Positions 61,520 to 64,000 of a stretch of DNA of 64,000 nt are shown here, piece by piece. A program made the position numbers and the translations under genes. Each line of letters opens with the position of its first letter. Position 1 is the first letter of the stretch. The notes beneath the pieces are model-generated. The model was not told the origin of the DNA, searched no databases, and saw only the letters and a list, made by a program, of their open reading frames with translations. Origin of the DNA: Podarcis cretensis (taxonomy: Eukaryota); NCBI GenBank assembly GCA_951804945.1, contig OX638150.1, positions 37,014,001-37,078,000 of the forward strand, read 5' to 3'.

Positions 61520-61573
61520 AACAGTGGTGGTCGGATATCTACACTGAACAGTGGTGGTCGGATATCTACACTG
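61520..61573. repeat. Perfect 27-bp tandem duplication
   Basis: AACAGTGGTGGTCGGATATCTACACTG x2. Confidence 0.95.
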
Positions 61574-61870
61574 AGTCAGCATCCAGACAGCCATGCATTC
61601 AGATGCAAAGTTTGCCATCATCATTCAAGGGCAACCCTGGGTGACTAAGCAATCAGCTTAATGGGAGAGCAGGAATCTGAAGTCAGGTGCCCAACCAATA
61701 TCCAACAACCTCACCTTTCCAACACTTTCTCTAGCTTGGTGTTAGACTAGGACCTGAGAGACTTGAGTTCAAATCAGAGTCATAGCCAGGGGCAGGGGGC
61801 TAGCCAGGGGTTTTGTCCCAAGCGAAGCCTCCAGAGGGGAGCTATTGAAGCTCCCAGCCTCTATGTCTAT

Positions 61871-61906
<36 letters not shown>

Positions 61907-62067
61907 ACAAATGCTCATGGAAGGGTGCCAAACTGGGTCTTTAACCCAGGTAAAATAAAGCCTAGTTTCACCCCTGGTTCAAACCCCCACTCAGCCTAGC
62001 CTCCTTGTTTTGAGGATAAAGTGAAGAAAGAGAGGGAAAGCTATGGATACCACCTTGAGATCTTTGG

Positions 62068-62223
62068 NNNNNNNNNNNNNNNNNNNNNNNNNNNNNNNNN
62101 NNNNNNNNNNNNNNNNNNNNNNNNNNNNNNNNNNNNNNNNNNNNNNNNNNNNNNNNNNNNNNNNNNNNNNNNNNNNNNNNNNNNNNNNNNNNNNNNNNNN
62201 NNNNNNNNNNNNNNNNNNNNNNN
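62068..62223. other. Assembly gap (156 N)
   Basis: N run. Confidence 1.
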
Positions 62224-63175
62224 CAATTCCTGATGCTGCCCCACAATCAGAACTGCTTAGTTCCTGGGCTCTGGCATCCCGGAAAAGTAGCAAAGAGAGA
62301 AGGACACTTTCCCCAGATTCCAAGCTGTGCCTAAATCTCACCTTTTTAGCAGCTATTAGCAAGAGCATAGCTCACAAACTCCAGTGCCATTTGTCCTGTT
62401 TCCCCTGGCAGATGGCACTGGCAAGAGTCAAAAGACGGCAGGCTGCCCTGTCAGCATGTCATTGCCACTCGGATGCACATGAAAAATAAAGAGATTATTT
62501 TACTGCCAGACCCTGGCTGTGAAATGTTGGTGTGTTTCCTTGCGATGAGTTTCCACGGACCAGTGCCTCTCTGTAAATTGTTCAGAGTTGTTCTGCAGTG
62601 AGGGCCATCTTGTGACACCGACACATCAGGAGCATTGTAGCCCCTCTTTGCTTTGGCTGATTCCCATGTGTATAAGAGGGAAGCCCTGGAGTTACATCTT
62701 CTGTCTTATATGTTCTCTATCCTATATCCAGAGACAGTCTTTGGAGGATTGGAGGAGATGAGAGTGCTCGTAAGGTGAAGACAGCATCACACTATGGGAT
62801 TGTTCTCATAGGTGCAGTCCTTGAAGAACAAATCCTGTTGGATTCAGTGGGCTGAACTTCCGGGTGCAGGATGCATAGGAACAGCCAGCAAGAAACACAA
62901 CGTAGCTTTCAGCAGGCTTCTTGCTTTCATGGTCACACACTAAAACACCTCACACCAGTCATCTCTCATAAAGGCCCAGACTAATCTGGATTTTCATTAC
63001 GCACTTAATTTAGGCTCCTCATGGTCCCCAGGCTGAATATACTCATTTTTCCAAGGTCCATTGAGTTTCCTGCTCTTCCATTACCTAAGATAATGCAAAC
63101 CACTCTGTCTTCTTTGTCCTCTGTGACCTGGCCTCTTGCTTAACTGAACTCTCCCACTGTAGAAATACTCAACAT

Positions 63176-63261
63176 ATATAAATATACTGGCACAACCTCG
63201 CTGTAGGGTATCACATATAAATATACTGGCACAACCTCGCTGTAGGGTATCACATATAAAT
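63176..63261. repeat. Perfect 39-bp tandem duplication with ATATAAAT microhomology
   Basis: ATATAAATATACTGGCACAACCTCGCTGTAGGGTATCAC x2, then ATATAAAT. Confidence 0.95.
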
Positions 63262-63272
63262 GAACGGCTTTC

Positions 63273-63411
63273 TCACAGAATCCTAGGGTTGGAATGGACC
63301 CTGAGGAACATCTAGTTCAACCCGCAGAAATGCAGGAATATGCAGCTGTCCCTTATGGAGATCAAACCTGCAACCCTGGCATTGTTAGCACCACTCTCTA
63401 ACCAACTGAGC
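63273..63411 (-). mobile_element. SINE with tRNA-Ile-like head and CR1-derived tail
   Basis: Colinear with 55567-55709 (ttggaatggacc...atctagttcaacc...aatgcagga...atcaaacctgcaacc...ctctaaccaactgagc). Confidence 0.8.
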
Positions 63412-64000
63412 ATATGTAACTCTGAAACGGGCATAAGAAACTGTGGCACTACATATATTTGTTGAACTACAACTCCCATCAGCCCCTGCTAACATGGCCG
63501 ATAGTCAGGATGATGGGAGTTGAAGTCCAGCAACATTTGAAGACCCTGGAGGTTATCCATCCCCGTTCTGAAACACCTAAGAATGGCATGATGGCTTGCA
63601 AGGAACCAAATGGTTGCTTCAATGAGAGGATGCAACTTATGCGTTATAGCAGGGCAAGGCCATTGGACACACGCTGCCCTCCCTCTCACACATTCCTTGG
63701 ACGGTCAGGCTGTTGCTGTTCTTCTACAGATGCAGAATGTTTATATTCAGTAGCACTACTCTGACACTCCAAGATAGACAGCTAACAGGATTAGCTGCCA
63801 TGTAAAGGCGAGTGGGTGGAGTGGAATGTTTCTTTGATACCTTTTGGGCTTTTACAGTGAGAATTGTGTGAGAGATTCTTTCTGGCACTATCTTGCAGCC
63901 AATTATTTCGGAAGAACTAAATACACAAGCATTGTTAAAATGTAATGTTTTCTCTGAATGCATATATTTGGGGGAAATATATTCATTTAATCTGCTTTCC

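Noticed and set aside
36400-64000. A second protein-coding gene downstream
   Set aside because: No ORF with recognisable non-TE homology and no chain of phase-compatible exons was found; small or non-coding exons cannot be excluded by eye.

Overview
Vertebrate (squamate, very likely lacertid lizard) genomic DNA with three assembly gaps (N runs at 7426-7665, 46334-46465, 62068-62223). The first 36 kb hold the 3' half of MGAT5B (GnT-IX/GnT-Vb, beta-1,6-N-acetylglucosaminyltransferase B) on the + strand: seven phase-compatible GT-AG exons (1489-1619, 6934-7089, 10666-10812, 12562-12678, 28919-28993, 33565-33833, 35385-35583/stop). There is also a candidate stand-alone 6-nt microexon (CTGCAG, Leu-Gln) at 3177-3182 with SRRM4-type neural microexon architecture. 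The remaining 28 kb show no supportable coding exons and look intergenic. Introns and the downstream region are dense with squamate repeats: Sauria/Squam1 SINEs, Squam3, tRNA-head/CR1-tail SINEs, RTE, Bov-B, L1, L2 and CR1 fragments, hAT and Tc1/mariner MITEs, and a probable solo LTR. The most notable items are (1) the LQ microexon, (2) a complete 2.1-kb TSD-flanked non-autonomous L1-derived (HAL1-like) element with an open ORF, antisense in a MGAT5B intron, and (3) a ~400-bp fold-back element split by a SINE. Almost all short ORFs in the supplied track are spurious. All family assignments are by eye and from memory, not from database searches; repeat boundaries without TSDs are approximate.
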